From contig JAZONS010000053.1 of NCBI GenBank assembly GCA_045654585.1, positions 19,950-83,949 on the forward strand: a DNA stretch of 64,000 nt, given 5' to 3'. The notes under the pieces were generated by a model that saw only the letters and a program-made list of their open reading frames with translations, did no database searches and was not told where the DNA came from. A program made the translations under genes and the position numbers. The DNA is from Eubacteriales bacterium (GTDB taxonomy: Bacteria; Bacillota; Clostridia; Oscillospirales; CAG-272). Positions 16,376 to 28,503 of the stretch are shown here, piece by piece. How positions within the stretch are numbered: the stretch's first letter is position 1; every line of letters starts with the position of its first letter.

Positions 16376-19120
16376 ATGGACTTAGCACTTATTATTTCAC
16401 TCGTTTTCTTTCTATTCGTAGCACTCGCTGCATTAAGAGGGTGGCGCAAAGGCAGAAAGAAAAGCTGGCAAAGCTCACTCGTAAGATTTCTCGTTATACT
16501 CATTTCCGCAATAATTTCCATCTTCGTCGCAAAGAAGATAGCAAGCACGGTAACCGACGTGCTTTTCGAAAAGTTAGCGGCGGGCTCACTCCCCGAGGAG
16601 CTTATCGCAATATTCGAGGATCTTCCCTCGGCACCCGCTATCATTCTTACTGTCGTAGCAATGATCGTAGCTCCGATACTCTTCTATCCCGTAAACTTTA
16701 TAATCAAGCTTATACTTAAGATTTTCTCACCTATTTTCGTCAAGCTTATCACCAAGCTCACAAACGTAATAGTAAGCAAGCGTCAGGCAAAGGCAGCAGC
16801 CGAAGAGGCAGAGGCGGAAGCTCCCGCAGTGTCCGACGCCAAGACAGAAGAGCTCGCAGCGGCCGACGAGTCCGCAGACGGCGAGCAGAACGCTTACGTA
16901 GACGTAGCATTTGACGATAACGGCACGGAAACATCACTCTCCGAGGACGGTACCCCCGAGGCTGACGTTAACCTCACCGAGGAATCCGATGAGGTCAAAC
17001 CCAAAAAGCAGAAGAAGCAGAAGAAAGCAAGAAAGGCTCACCGCACGTACGACGCAGATAGCTCCGGCGCTTGCGGCAGAGGCTTCGGTATCGCGTTCGG
17101 TATACTTGCCGGAGTTCTCGGTGTGTTCGTATTCTTCGCGCCCATTATGGGAGCTCTCGGCCTTGTCGGTATGATAGAGGAAACGATTGCAAACGCAGGA
17201 GTCTCCGAGCTCGAGGAGGCAAAGCCTGCGCTCGACGCAGTCGATTCGGCTACTCATAACGCCGCAGTAGGTACGGTTAACGCGCTCGGCGGAAGGCTTA
17301 TATTCAATTCGCTCACCACCTTCAGGGTAAATGGTGAAAAAATAACTCTCGCTAAGGAAGCAGAACTCGTTTGCACGGTCGCAAAGACGGCTATGACGGT
17401 TTCCGACGAGGCAAAGACCGCAGAAGAAAAGTCCGCGGCTCTTAAAGACGTTCTTCCCGCATTTGATAAATCCGGCATTATCCCCGTTCTTCTCTCCGAA
17501 TTTCTCTCGGGCGCATCCACCGCTTGGGAAGCAGGCGAGGACTTCTGCGGCGTATCGCTTCCCGTAGAGGACGGCGCTATGTCCGATCTCCTTATAGAAG
17601 CAATCTCCCTCTTCAAGGATTCAACCCCCACAACCGTAAAGGAAGATGCTGCCACTATTATAAATATCGTTTCGGTAGTAATTAGAAACGACCTTATCGG
17701 CAATATGCCCGAGGATCCTATGACTCTTCTCGGCAACAAGACTCTCATATCCGACCTCTTCTACGAGGTATTTGAGAATGACAGACTCAACGTTCTCGTT
17801 AGCTCCCTCGTTAATACGGGTATCGAGATGATGACCGCGGCTATCGGTGTGCCCGAAAACCTCGACGAGGTTCACGCCAAGTTCATCACTGAGATCTCCG
17901 CTTCAAGAACCGCAGCCAATGCCGACGAGCTTCGCGCAGCATACGGCGCAATATTCAAAAAATACGGTATAAATATCACCGATAAGGCTCTTTCGGACTT
18001 CGCAACATCCATGATCTCCGCTTACGGACTCGAGGTCCCCTCTATCGACTCGACCGAACTTGAGAATCTTCTTTCTTCCGTTAAGATCAACAAAGACGGT
18101 GAAGATAAGACCGTCAACCTATCGGATAAGACCGCATTCTCCGAAAATACTCTTCTTGTTACAACCGAGATGATCGAGGCTGCGCACGGAACGCCCGGCA
18201 AAGACTCAAGAGCAGAGGCAGATGCGCTCGCAGACGTATTCGCATCCGTGCCCGAGGTTACCACCCTCTTCTCGGGTGAAAACGTGGTTATTGCCGACAC
18301 GGTAAAGGCGCTCGGTAAGATCCTCGATAAGTTTGCCGCATGCGGCAATATCGGTAAGGCGTGCGTAGATAACCTCATCGTGGCTCTTCTTCAGTCCGAG
18401 GTCGTTTACGATGCTATCGCTATGGATAAGGTTACCGCAACTCACTTTGCTAACTCCGTAGTAAGCGGTACGGGCGACGGTAAGACCTACGAGCAGATAA
18501 TGGGCGATATCGCAAACGTTATCAATACCATGACCGACGTTACCGACAGCGACGAATTTGATTCTGAGAAGGTAGAGTCCGTTCTTATGACGCTCACCCC
18601 CGAGACCGCAACCGCTCTTAAGCACGTTGTAAACGGCGCGCTCGTTGATCAGATCGGTATGTCGGGAGGCAACTCCGAAGGTGTTTCAAACATTCTCTCC
18701 AGCGTGTTTGACAATATCGCTACCGCAAAACGCGACGGTATGGATGACGCTACCTACGAGACCGAGGTAAAGAAGGTTTCCGATCTTCTTAATACCACGA
18801 TGACGATAACCGACGATTCCGAGAAATCGATAGACGTTGAGACCTACGTTAACAGCGCTATGGATTCCGTCATCGTATCCGATGCCCTTGCCGACAACGT
18901 TTACGGCGAGGACGGAAGCGTTACTCTCGACCCGCTCGGCAACGGAACTAACCTTGATGACACAGAAAAGGCATCGCTCCTTGAAACTCTTCAGGAAAAT
19001 ATCGACAACGCCGAAGCCTCCGACAAGGAAAGAACCGAAAGAAACGCAGTTGCCGTTGCCGCATACCTTAACGTTCCCGTTGAGGTCGTTGACGGTCAGA
19101 TCAAAATAATCGAGCCTTAA
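16376..19120 (+). CDS. Large membrane protein: CvpA-like N-terminal TM module plus a long acidic, mostly helical domain; function unknown
   Basis: The N-terminus LIISLVFFLFVALAALRGWRKGRKK resembles CvpA (ALRGFRRG). An acidic linker ends in KPKKQKKQKKARKAHR, followed by another TM segment (FGIAFGILAGVLGVFVFFAPIMGALGLVGMI), then about 650 aa rich in D/E/A/T. GGAGG RBS. Confidence 0.6.
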   Translation: MDLALIISLVFFLFVALAALRGWRKGRKKSWQSSLVRFLVILISAIISIFVAKKIASTVTDVLFEKLAAGSLPEELIAIFEDLPSAPAIILTVVAMIVAPILFYPVNFIIKLILKIFSPIFVKLITKLTNVIVSKRQAKAAAEEAEAEAPAVSDAKTEELAAADESADGEQNAYVDVAFDDNGTETSLSEDGTPEADVNLTEESDEVKPKKQKKQKKARKAHRTYDADSSGACGRGFGIAFGILAGVLGVFVFFAPIMGALGLVGMIEETIANAGVSELEEAKPALDAVDSATHNAAVGTVNALGGRLIFNSLTTFRVNGEKITLAKEAELVCTVAKTAMTVSDEAKTAEEKSAALKDVLPAFDKSGIIPVLLSEFLSGASTAWEAGEDFCGVSLPVEDGAMSDLLIEAISLFKDSTPTTVKEDAATIINIVSVVIRNDLIGNMPEDPMTLLGNKTLISDLFYEVFENDRLNVLVSSLVNTGIEMMTAAIGVPENLDEVHAKFITEISASRTAANADELRAAYGAIFKKYGINITDKALSDFATSMISAYGLEVPSIDSTELENLLSSVKINKDGEDKTVNLSDKTAFSENTLLVTTEMIEAAHGTPGKDSRAEADALADVFASVPEVTTLFSGENVVIADTVKALGKILDKFAACGNIGKACVDNLIVALLQSEVVYDAIAMDKVTATHFANSVVSGTGDGKTYEQIMGDIANVINTMTDVTDSDEFDSEKVESVLMTLTPETATALKHVVNGALVDQIGMSGGNSEGVSNILSSVFDNIATAKRDGMDDATYETEVKKVSDLLNTTMTITDDSEKSIDVETYVNSAMDSVIVSDALADNVYGEDGSVTLDPLGNGTNLDDTEKASLLETLQENIDNAEASDKERTERNAVAVAAYLNVPVEVVDGQIKIIEP

Positions 19121-19161
19121 GTTTTTTCGGATAACAATCACACAATTTCGGTTTTATATAC

Positions 19162-19200
19162 AAAGCTGCCTCAAACGCAAGTGAGAGGCAGCTTTTATTC
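19162..19200 (+). terminator. Intrinsic terminator
   Basis: aaagctgcctc / gaggcagcttt stem followed by TTTTATT. Confidence 0.8.
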
Positions 19201-19274
19201 TCGCTTTTTGGTTGACAAGTGTCATTTATATTCTCTGTTTTACAAATTTTGACTCCGTTTTTATTTATTACCTA

Positions 19275-19303
19275 TTGAAAAAAATCTTTTTTAATGTTAA
19301 AAT
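19275..19303 (+). promoter_or_regulatory. Sigma-A type promoter
   Basis: TTGAAA, 17 nt, TAAAAT, upstream of the 76-aa ORF. Confidence 0.5.
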
Positions 19304-19345
19304 AAATAATTGGGAACAAATATTACGTATTAAAGGAGAAAAATT

Positions 19346-19576
19346 ATGCAGAAGATAATTTGTAAAAAGGTTTACGACACCGCTACCGCTTCGGTTGTTA
19401 AGAAGGTTACCTCCGGCTGCTACGGAGATCCCGCAGGCTACGAGGAGACCCTTTATATGACCGCGGACGGATTCTACTTCCTCTACACCAACGGCGGCGC
19501 TGAGTCGAAGTATACCACCGAGGACATTACCAGAAAATCCAAGGCTGCTGCTGAAAAGTGGCTCGCTGAAAACTGA
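19346..19576 (+). CDS. Small hypothetical protein (76 aa)
   Basis: Strong AAAGGAG RBS, codon usage like its neighbours, no TM segment. No motif I recognise. Confidence 0.55.
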   Translation: MQKIICKKVYDTATASVVKKVTSGCYGDPAGYEETLYMTADGFYFLYTNGGAESKYTTEDITRKSKAAAEKWLAEN

Positions 19577-19609
19577 TTATAAAACACTTTTGAAAGAAAG
19601 GGCAGTATA

Positions 19610-21301
19610 ATGAGAGTAAAGAAGACGGAAAGAGTATTTACCAAGGTAAATAACATCAAAGAGTATCTCGAAGTTCTCAAAAGCCACGGCGATAAGACCC
19701 TTTATCGCTGGCTCGATTCAAAAAACAACTATACCTCAAACACATACAGTGAGTTCCACGAGCTCGTGCTCAGCATAGCAAAGGGCTATCAGAACGCAGG
19801 TCTTTCGGGCAAGCGTATCGCGATCATCGGCGAAACCTCTGTTGAATGGGTTGCATCCTATATCGCAGTTCTCACCGTGGGCGGAGTTGTTATCCCTATG
19901 GACAAAGAGCTTGACGTTGCCGCTATCGAGGGCTTCCTTGAGACTGCTGAGGCTGAGGCTATCGTTTACAGCAAGACCTTCAACACAAAGCTTGCTCACT
20001 TTGCGGAAACACATCCTACCCTCAAAAAGCTCATCCCCATGGATGCCACCGTGGAGGCAGAAGGTAAGATACTTCCTCTCTCGGCTCTTATCGAGGCGGG
20101 TCGTGCAGAAGAGCAGTTCGAGATATCCACACGTCCTACGGACGAGCTTGCGGTAATGCTCTTCACTTCGGGTACGACAGGTACGAGCAAATGCGTTATG
20201 CTCTGCGAGAGAAACATCTGGAGCACGGTCAACTCCGCTTGCGAGACCGTTGAATTCTTCCCCGATGACACTATCGTATCGGTTCTTCCTCTCCATCACA
20301 CATATGAGCTCGCTTGCATGCTTGCGGCTCTTGATTACGGTATGACCGTCGGTATCAACGACTCTCTCCGTCATATTATGAAGAACTTTTCCGAGTTCAA
20401 GCCTACGGGTCTCGTTCTTGTTCCCCTCTTTGTCAACACGATGTATAACAGAATCATCGAGACCGCAAAGAAGAACGGAAAGCTCGGACTTCTCAGATTT
20501 ATGATGAAGGTATCGAACGCGCTTCGCCACGTCGGTATCGACTTAAGACGCAAGCTCTTCCGTGATGTGCTTGGCGCCTTCGGCGGTAACATCAGAAAGA
20601 TCGTCAGCGGCGGCGCGCCCCTCAATCCCCAGATGATGAAGGAGTTTGACAGCTTCGGTATCACTATCGCGGAGGGTTACGGCATCACGGAGTGCTCCCC
20701 CCTCATCTCGGTTAACCCCTACTTTGCTCTTAAGAGCGGCTCCGTAGGTCCCGCTGTTCCCAGCTGTACCGTACGTATCGACAAGAGAGGCACAAACGAC
20801 CGTGGCTTTGACGAGGGCGAGATCCAGGTTAAGGGCGACAACGTAATGCTCGGCTACTACAAGAACGACGAGGAAAACGCAAAGGCATTCACCGAGGACG
20901 GCTGGTACAGAACAGGCGATATCGGATATATGGATGCTGACGGATATATCTTCATCACGGGCAGACTCAAGTCGGTTATCGTTCTTGAGAACGGTAAGAA
21001 CGTATTCCCCGAGGAGATCGAGGAATACCTCGAGAAGATCGATGAGATCGGCGAGGTAGTTGTTGTCGGCAGAAAGGCTGAGGACGGCGAGACTATCAAG
21101 CTCACCGCTGTGGTTTATCCCAAGCCCGAGATCTACGGCGAAACCCCCGACAAGGAAAAGGCTTACAACGATATCCACGCGAAGATTCTTAACCTCAACA
21201 GAAATCTTCCTTCGTTCAAGGTTATCAAGGCTCTCGAGATCCGCGAAACTCCCTTCGAGAAGACAACCTCGAGAAAGATCAAAAGACATCTTGTTAAGTA
21301 A
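19610..21301 (+). CDS. AMP-dependent synthetase / long-chain acyl-CoA ligase family
   Basis: AMP-binding motifs LFTSGTTGTSKCVML, GYGITE, YRTGDIGYMDADGYIFITGRLK and a C-terminal TSRKIKR. Confidence 0.85.
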   Translation: MRVKKTERVFTKVNNIKEYLEVLKSHGDKTLYRWLDSKNNYTSNTYSEFHELVLSIAKGYQNAGLSGKRIAIIGETSVEWVASYIAVLTVGGVVIPMDKELDVAAIEGFLETAEAEAIVYSKTFNTKLAHFAETHPTLKKLIPMDATVEAEGKILPLSALIEAGRAEEQFEISTRPTDELAVMLFTSGTTGTSKCVMLCERNIWSTVNSACETVEFFPDDTIVSVLPLHHTYELACMLAALDYGMTVGINDSLRHIMKNFSEFKPTGLVLVPLFVNTMYNRIIETAKKNGKLGLLRFMMKVSNALRHVGIDLRRKLFRDVLGAFGGNIRKIVSGGAPLNPQMMKEFDSFGITIAEGYGITECSPLISVNPYFALKSGSVGPAVPSCTVRIDKRGTNDRGFDEGEIQVKGDNVMLGYYKNDEENAKAFTEDGWYRTGDIGYMDADGYIFITGRLKSVIVLENGKNVFPEEIEEYLEKIDEIGEVVVVGRKAEDGETIKLTAVVYPKPEIYGETPDKEKAYNDIHAKILNLNRNLPSFKVIKALEIRETPFEKTTSRKIKRHLVK

Positions 21302-21321
21302 TTCAAACAATTTTTGAACAT

Positions 21322-21370
21322 TAAAAGACCGAAGCGGCGTATGCCGTTTCGGTCTTTCATTTTGTTTTTT
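21322..21370. terminator. Bidirectional intrinsic terminator between convergent genes
   Basis: 15-bp stem aaagaccgaagcggc / gccgtttcggtcttt with a GTAT loop, followed by a T-tract. Confidence 0.85.
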
Positions 21371-21485
21371 ATTAAGATTTTTGTAAATAATTGTTTTCCT
21401 TAATGCGTTTTATTACGGGTTTATATCAAAATCCCGGATGCCGCCATTATCGTCCTTCGGCGTGGCTTTTGCACTACTCTACCGT

Positions 21486-22184
21486 TTATTTGAGCTCGGT
21501 TTTCTTATACGGCTCAAGTATGAGGGTATTTTCAAAGTCAAATTCCTTCGGGTCGAGAGAGTCGAAGAGTCCGTAGTGGATGGGTACGCCGCATCTCGCG
21601 CCTATTTCGCACGCGAAGTCCGCCGCATCCTTGGCGTTCATATTGTTGCCGACGCCGTTGATGGGAAGAAACGCGTAGTCAACTCCGTCCTCGCAAAGCT
21701 CGATAACGTCGTCTATTACGTCGTAGTTATAAAGGGTATCGCCGCTGACGTAGAAGGTTTCCTTGCCGTCGTCAATTATATAGCCTGCGGCAGATCTGTC
21801 ACTATGCTCTGCCTTTACCGCGTAGAAGGTAAGGCCGCCCTCGCTCCACACCGAGTGAGGAGCGAGCAGAACGTAGTTATGGATCTTGTCCCCGAGTGAG
21901 AGAAGTTTCGTGTATGCATTGTAAGGAGCTAACACGGTTATAGGCTTACCGCCTCTGCACAAGAATTTTTCAAGAGTTGCAGGATCAAGGTGATCAAGAT
22001 GATCGTGGGTTATGATTATAACGTCGGGATGAAGGTCGAATACCCTCTCATCCACCGGTATGCGTCTTTCCTTTTTGGGGTCGAAGGATTCTGCTACCGA
22101 GTTTGAAAGATAAGGGTCTACCATAACCGTCATTCTGTCATTTTCAAAGACAAGACCTGCCTGAGTTATCCAAGTTACGTTCAT
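21486..22184 (-). CDS. MBL-fold metallo-hydrolase
   Basis: IIITHDHLDHLD motif. The ATG at 22184 (MNVTWITQ) with an upstream GAGG is preferred over the longer ORF-track start at 22238. Confidence 0.75.
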   Translation of the reverse strand: MNVTWITQAGLVFENDRMTVMVDPYLSNSVAESFDPKKERRIPVDERVFDLHPDVIIITHDHLDHLDPATLEKFLCRGGKPITVLAPYNAYTKLLSLGDKIHNYVLLAPHSVWSEGGLTFYAVKAEHSDRSAAGYIIDDGKETFYVSGDTLYNYDVIDDVIELCEDGVDYAFLPINGVGNNMNAKDAADFACEIGARCGVPIHYGLFDSLDPKEFDFENTLILEPYKKTELK

Positions 22185-22218
22185 ATTTTTACCTCGCAAA
22201 AAAAGTTTATCGAATAAA

Positions 22219-22914
22219 TCAAATAAAATGTAAGACAAGAAGTCCTATGCCGCCCGAGGCGAGTCCTATAAGAGCCCCCGTGACAACGTCCCTGACAAAA
22301 TGTATGCCGAGCGCAACTCTGAGAAAGGCGAGAAGCGCGCCGAGAAGCATAAGTCCCACAGCTATAATAGGATTCCAGGTTAGGAGCACGGTCGCGATGA
22401 CGAACACTGAGAACACGTGTCGGCTCGGGAAGGAATGCCCCGCTTTGCCCTTTGGCTTCTTTTCATAAAACTCAAGAAGCTCGTACGGACGCGGCGCGTT
22501 TATAACCGCGCGCAAGATGCTGACCGCAACGAACGGAACGCCCGTTACCACGAGTATTTTTAAAATCTCCAGCGGAGCTTCGACGAGTGACACAATCCTT
22601 GCAAAAAACGCATAGACCGTTAGCGCCGCTATCGCATAGGATGCTATGCGGAGCATTTCCGCAAGAGAGTCGTCGCGGTACACTCTGTAAAGAAGCTTCT
22701 CGTATTTGTTTTTCGGCTCGTATTCAGGCTCTGCGCTTTCCTCGGCATCAGCCTCATTCGAAGAGAGCTCTTCGGTATCCACTGCGCCTTCATCGGTGAT
22801 CTCTTCGCTCGTTTGCGGAAGCTTTTCCGTATCGGCGCTTTCCTTCGGAGCATCCGTGCTTGGTGCAAGCTCCTCTCTCCCGAGCTCTTCGTTTTTAAAA
22901 TTTTTATTTTCCAT
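22219..22914 (-). CDS. PAP2-family lipid phosphatase with an acidic N-terminal extension
   Basis: PAP2 motifs RAVINAPRP, SFPSRH and RVALGIHFVRDV. The first ~65 aa are Glu/Asp/Ser-rich. Confidence 0.8.
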   Translation of the reverse strand: MENKNFKNEELGREELAPSTDAPKESADTEKLPQTSEEITDEGAVDTEELSSNEADAEESAEPEYEPKNKYEKLLYRVYRDDSLAEMLRIASYAIAALTVYAFFARIVSLVEAPLEILKILVVTGVPFVAVSILRAVINAPRPYELLEFYEKKPKGKAGHSFPSRHVFSVFVIATVLLTWNPIIAVGLMLLGALLAFLRVALGIHFVRDVVTGALIGLASGGIGLLVLHFI

Positions 22915-22917
22915 ATT

Positions 22918-24414
22918 TCAAGCGTTGACGAAATCAATAAATCTCGAGAAGAATACTCTGCCCTCTGCGGTGTCCTTGAACACGCCCGCGTCACGAAGAA
23001 CTCTGACGAATGTACGGCCTATCTCGGTCTTTATTATTTCTTCGGTGTTCTCTTCGGTAAAGGTGTAATTCGCACGGAAGGCATCAAACCACTCTGCGTG
23101 CTTTTCGATATCGGGATTCGCTCTGAAATCAGCGCCCGAAAGGATAGCAGCCTTCATTTCCGCAATCTCACTCTTAAGTCTTGCGGGAAGAACGGCAAGT
23201 CCCATAACCTCGATAAGACCGATGTTTTCCTTTTTGATATTGTGATGCTCGGCGTGAGGATGATATACGCCAAGCGGATTTTCCTCTGTTGTTATATTAT
23301 TACGAAGCACGAGATCAAGCTCAAATTTACCGTCGCGTCTGCGCGCTATGGGAGTGATCGTATTATGCGGCTCACCGTCGGTTTCGTGATACACGAACGC
23401 TTCTTCGTCGGTGTACTTACGCCAAGCGACAAGTATCTTATCCGCAAGCTCAACAAGTCGTTCCTTTTTATCCGAGGAAAGTCTGATGACGGACATAGGC
23501 CACTTTACGATTCCCGCATCGATATCCTCAAAGCCGACGAATGAGATTGCCTTTTCAATCGGCGCGCGCTCCATAGCAAAGGTGTATCTTCCTCCCTGCA
23601 TATGGTCGTGAGCAAGTATCGAGCCGCCTACGATTGGAAGATCGGCATTCGAGCCGATGAAGTAGTGCGGAAAATGCTCAACGAAGGAAAGCAGCTTCGA
23701 GAAGCTCGAGCGGTTTATGCTCATCGGCGTGTGACAGGACGAGAGAGCTATGCAGTGCTCGTTATAATAAACGTACGGAGAATATTGGAGATACCAGGGG
23801 GTGCCCGCCATATCGAAGGGGATCTGACGGAGATTCTGCCTTGCGGGCTTCGAAAGGTTACCCTCGTAGCCCTCGTTTTCGTGGCAGAGAAGGCACTTCG
23901 GATATCCCGACTGGGGAAGGAGCTTTGCCGCGGCAATAGCCTTGGGATCCTTCTCGGGCTTCGAAAGGTTTACGGTGATGTCGATATCCCCGTACTCACT
24001 TTCCGTCTTCCACTTCAGGTCACGCTTTATTCTGTCCTGACGGATATAGTTTGAATCCACCGAGAGCTTATAGAAGTAATCAGTCGCAAGAGCGGGATTT
24101 TCCTCGTAAAGCGCCTCAAAGGTCGAGATCACCTCGGAGGGACGGGGGCAAAGAAGTCCCATCACCTTAGTGTCGAAGAGGTCGCGGTAAACTACCGTGT
24201 CCGATTCTATTATTCCCTTTCCGTAGGCGTATTTGCATATTGCGTCAAGTATTTCGCAAAGTTCAAAGCCGCCCGAGATCTCTACCTCTTCGTACTCCGT
24301 GAGCAAAAGAAGCTCAAGCAGACGGTTTGCGGAATAAGCTCTGTCAAGCTTATCTATAAGCTCGGTCCTTTCCGCATAATCAAGTAAGGCGCATATCGCT
24401 GTATTAATGTCCAT
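22918..24414 (-). CDS. galT: Galactose-1-phosphate uridylyltransferase (Firmicute ~500-aa type)
   Basis: Length and motifs of the type-2 GalT family (YPKCLLCHENEGY..., GGSILAHDHMQGG). Adjacent to lacZ. Confidence 0.88.
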   Translation of the reverse strand: MDINTAICALLDYAERTELIDKLDRAYSANRLLELLLLTEYEEVEISGGFELCEILDAICKYAYGKGIIESDTVVYRDLFDTKVMGLLCPRPSEVISTFEALYEENPALATDYFYKLSVDSNYIRQDRIKRDLKWKTESEYGDIDITVNLSKPEKDPKAIAAAKLLPQSGYPKCLLCHENEGYEGNLSKPARQNLRQIPFDMAGTPWYLQYSPYVYYNEHCIALSSCHTPMSINRSSFSKLLSFVEHFPHYFIGSNADLPIVGGSILAHDHMQGGRYTFAMERAPIEKAISFVGFEDIDAGIVKWPMSVIRLSSDKKERLVELADKILVAWRKYTDEEAFVYHETDGEPHNTITPIARRRDGKFELDLVLRNNITTEENPLGVYHPHAEHHNIKKENIGLIEVMGLAVLPARLKSEIAEMKAAILSGADFRANPDIEKHAEWFDAFRANYTFTEENTEEIIKTEIGRTFVRVLRDAGVFKDTAEGRVFFSRFIDFVNA

Positions 24415-24439
24415 TTTAATCTCCGTAACTAACTATTAT

Positions 24440-27562
<3,123 letters not shown>

Positions 27563-28351
27563 TTAATCAAGTCTTACGCTGACGTCACCCGAGATCAGAT
27601 TTAGTGAGTCACCGTTATCCGTCGTAATAGATAGCGAGCCGTCGAGGTTAACACCGAGCACCTTTGCAAAATAAAACTCGGTTGGGGTGATGACCTTAAC
27701 GCGCCTTCCCGTCAGCACGGAAAGCTCGCTGTATCTTTTCATATATACATCGGGGTCGGAGGACTCGAATCCGGAGAGTTTCTCTGCAAGCGAGACGGCA
27801 AAATCCGAAATATCAATCACCCGTCCGCACTCTGTTTCAAGGTCGGTCGCGATATCCGAAAGATCGCCGAAGTCCACCCGTGAAAGATTAACGCCTATAC
27901 CGACAACGGTGTATTCCAAACGCGAGCCATCATTGGAAAACGCACCCTCGGTAAGAATTCCCGCAAGCTTTTTTTCACCGATAAAGCAATCGTTGACCCA
28001 CTTTATCCCGGGCTCTGCGCCGCAGAATTCACGCACGGTATCGCACAGTGCGACGGCGGCATAAGCCGTAAGCTTTATGGTATCCTCCGCGGGAAGGGCG
28101 GGATATGAAAGATAAGACATATAAAGCCCGCCCTCTTCGGAAATAAAAGATCTACCGAGCCTACCGCGTCCCGCGGTCTGGCGCCGTGCGATAAAAACAG
28201 TGCTGGCTCTATCCTTCGCATCTTTAGCGTAAAGCTTCGCGCGAGTATTCGTCGAGTCGGTTTCACCAAAGACCACCACCCTGACGGCGGGGAGCTTCTC
28301 GGAAAACGCATCTTTAATTTTCATCTCAAAGCCACTGTCAATATAATGCAC
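27563..28351 (-). CDS. birA: Biotin--[acetyl-CoA-carboxylase] ligase, class I (no N-terminal HTH)
   Basis: Motifs GRGRLGRSF and KWVNDCFIGEKKLAGILTE. A GTG at 28351 has GGAGG 7 nt upstream. Alternative starts are 28324 (ATG) and 28396 (TTG). Confidence 0.85.
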   Translation of the reverse strand: MHYIDSGFEMKIKDAFSEKLPAVRVVVFGETDSTNTRAKLYAKDAKDRASTVFIARRQTAGRGRLGRSFISEEGGLYMSYLSYPALPAEDTIKLTAYAAVALCDTVREFCGAEPGIKWVNDCFIGEKKLAGILTEGAFSNDGSRLEYTVVGIGVNLSRVDFGDLSDIATDLETECGRVIDISDFAVSLAEKLSGFESSDPDVYMKRYSELSVLTGRRVKVITPTEFYFAKVLGVNLDGSLSITTDNGDSLNLISGDVSVRLD

Positions 28352-28503
28352 TCGCGCGCCTCCAAAATATTTACTGAAATCAATTTTACCACACAACGAA
28401 AATGAATGTCAATATAAAAAACGCTTTTTAAATTAAATATAACGAATATTTTGCCGCACGGTAGGCAAAAATTCTTAAAAAAGCCAATGAAAGGATAGAG
28501 ATA

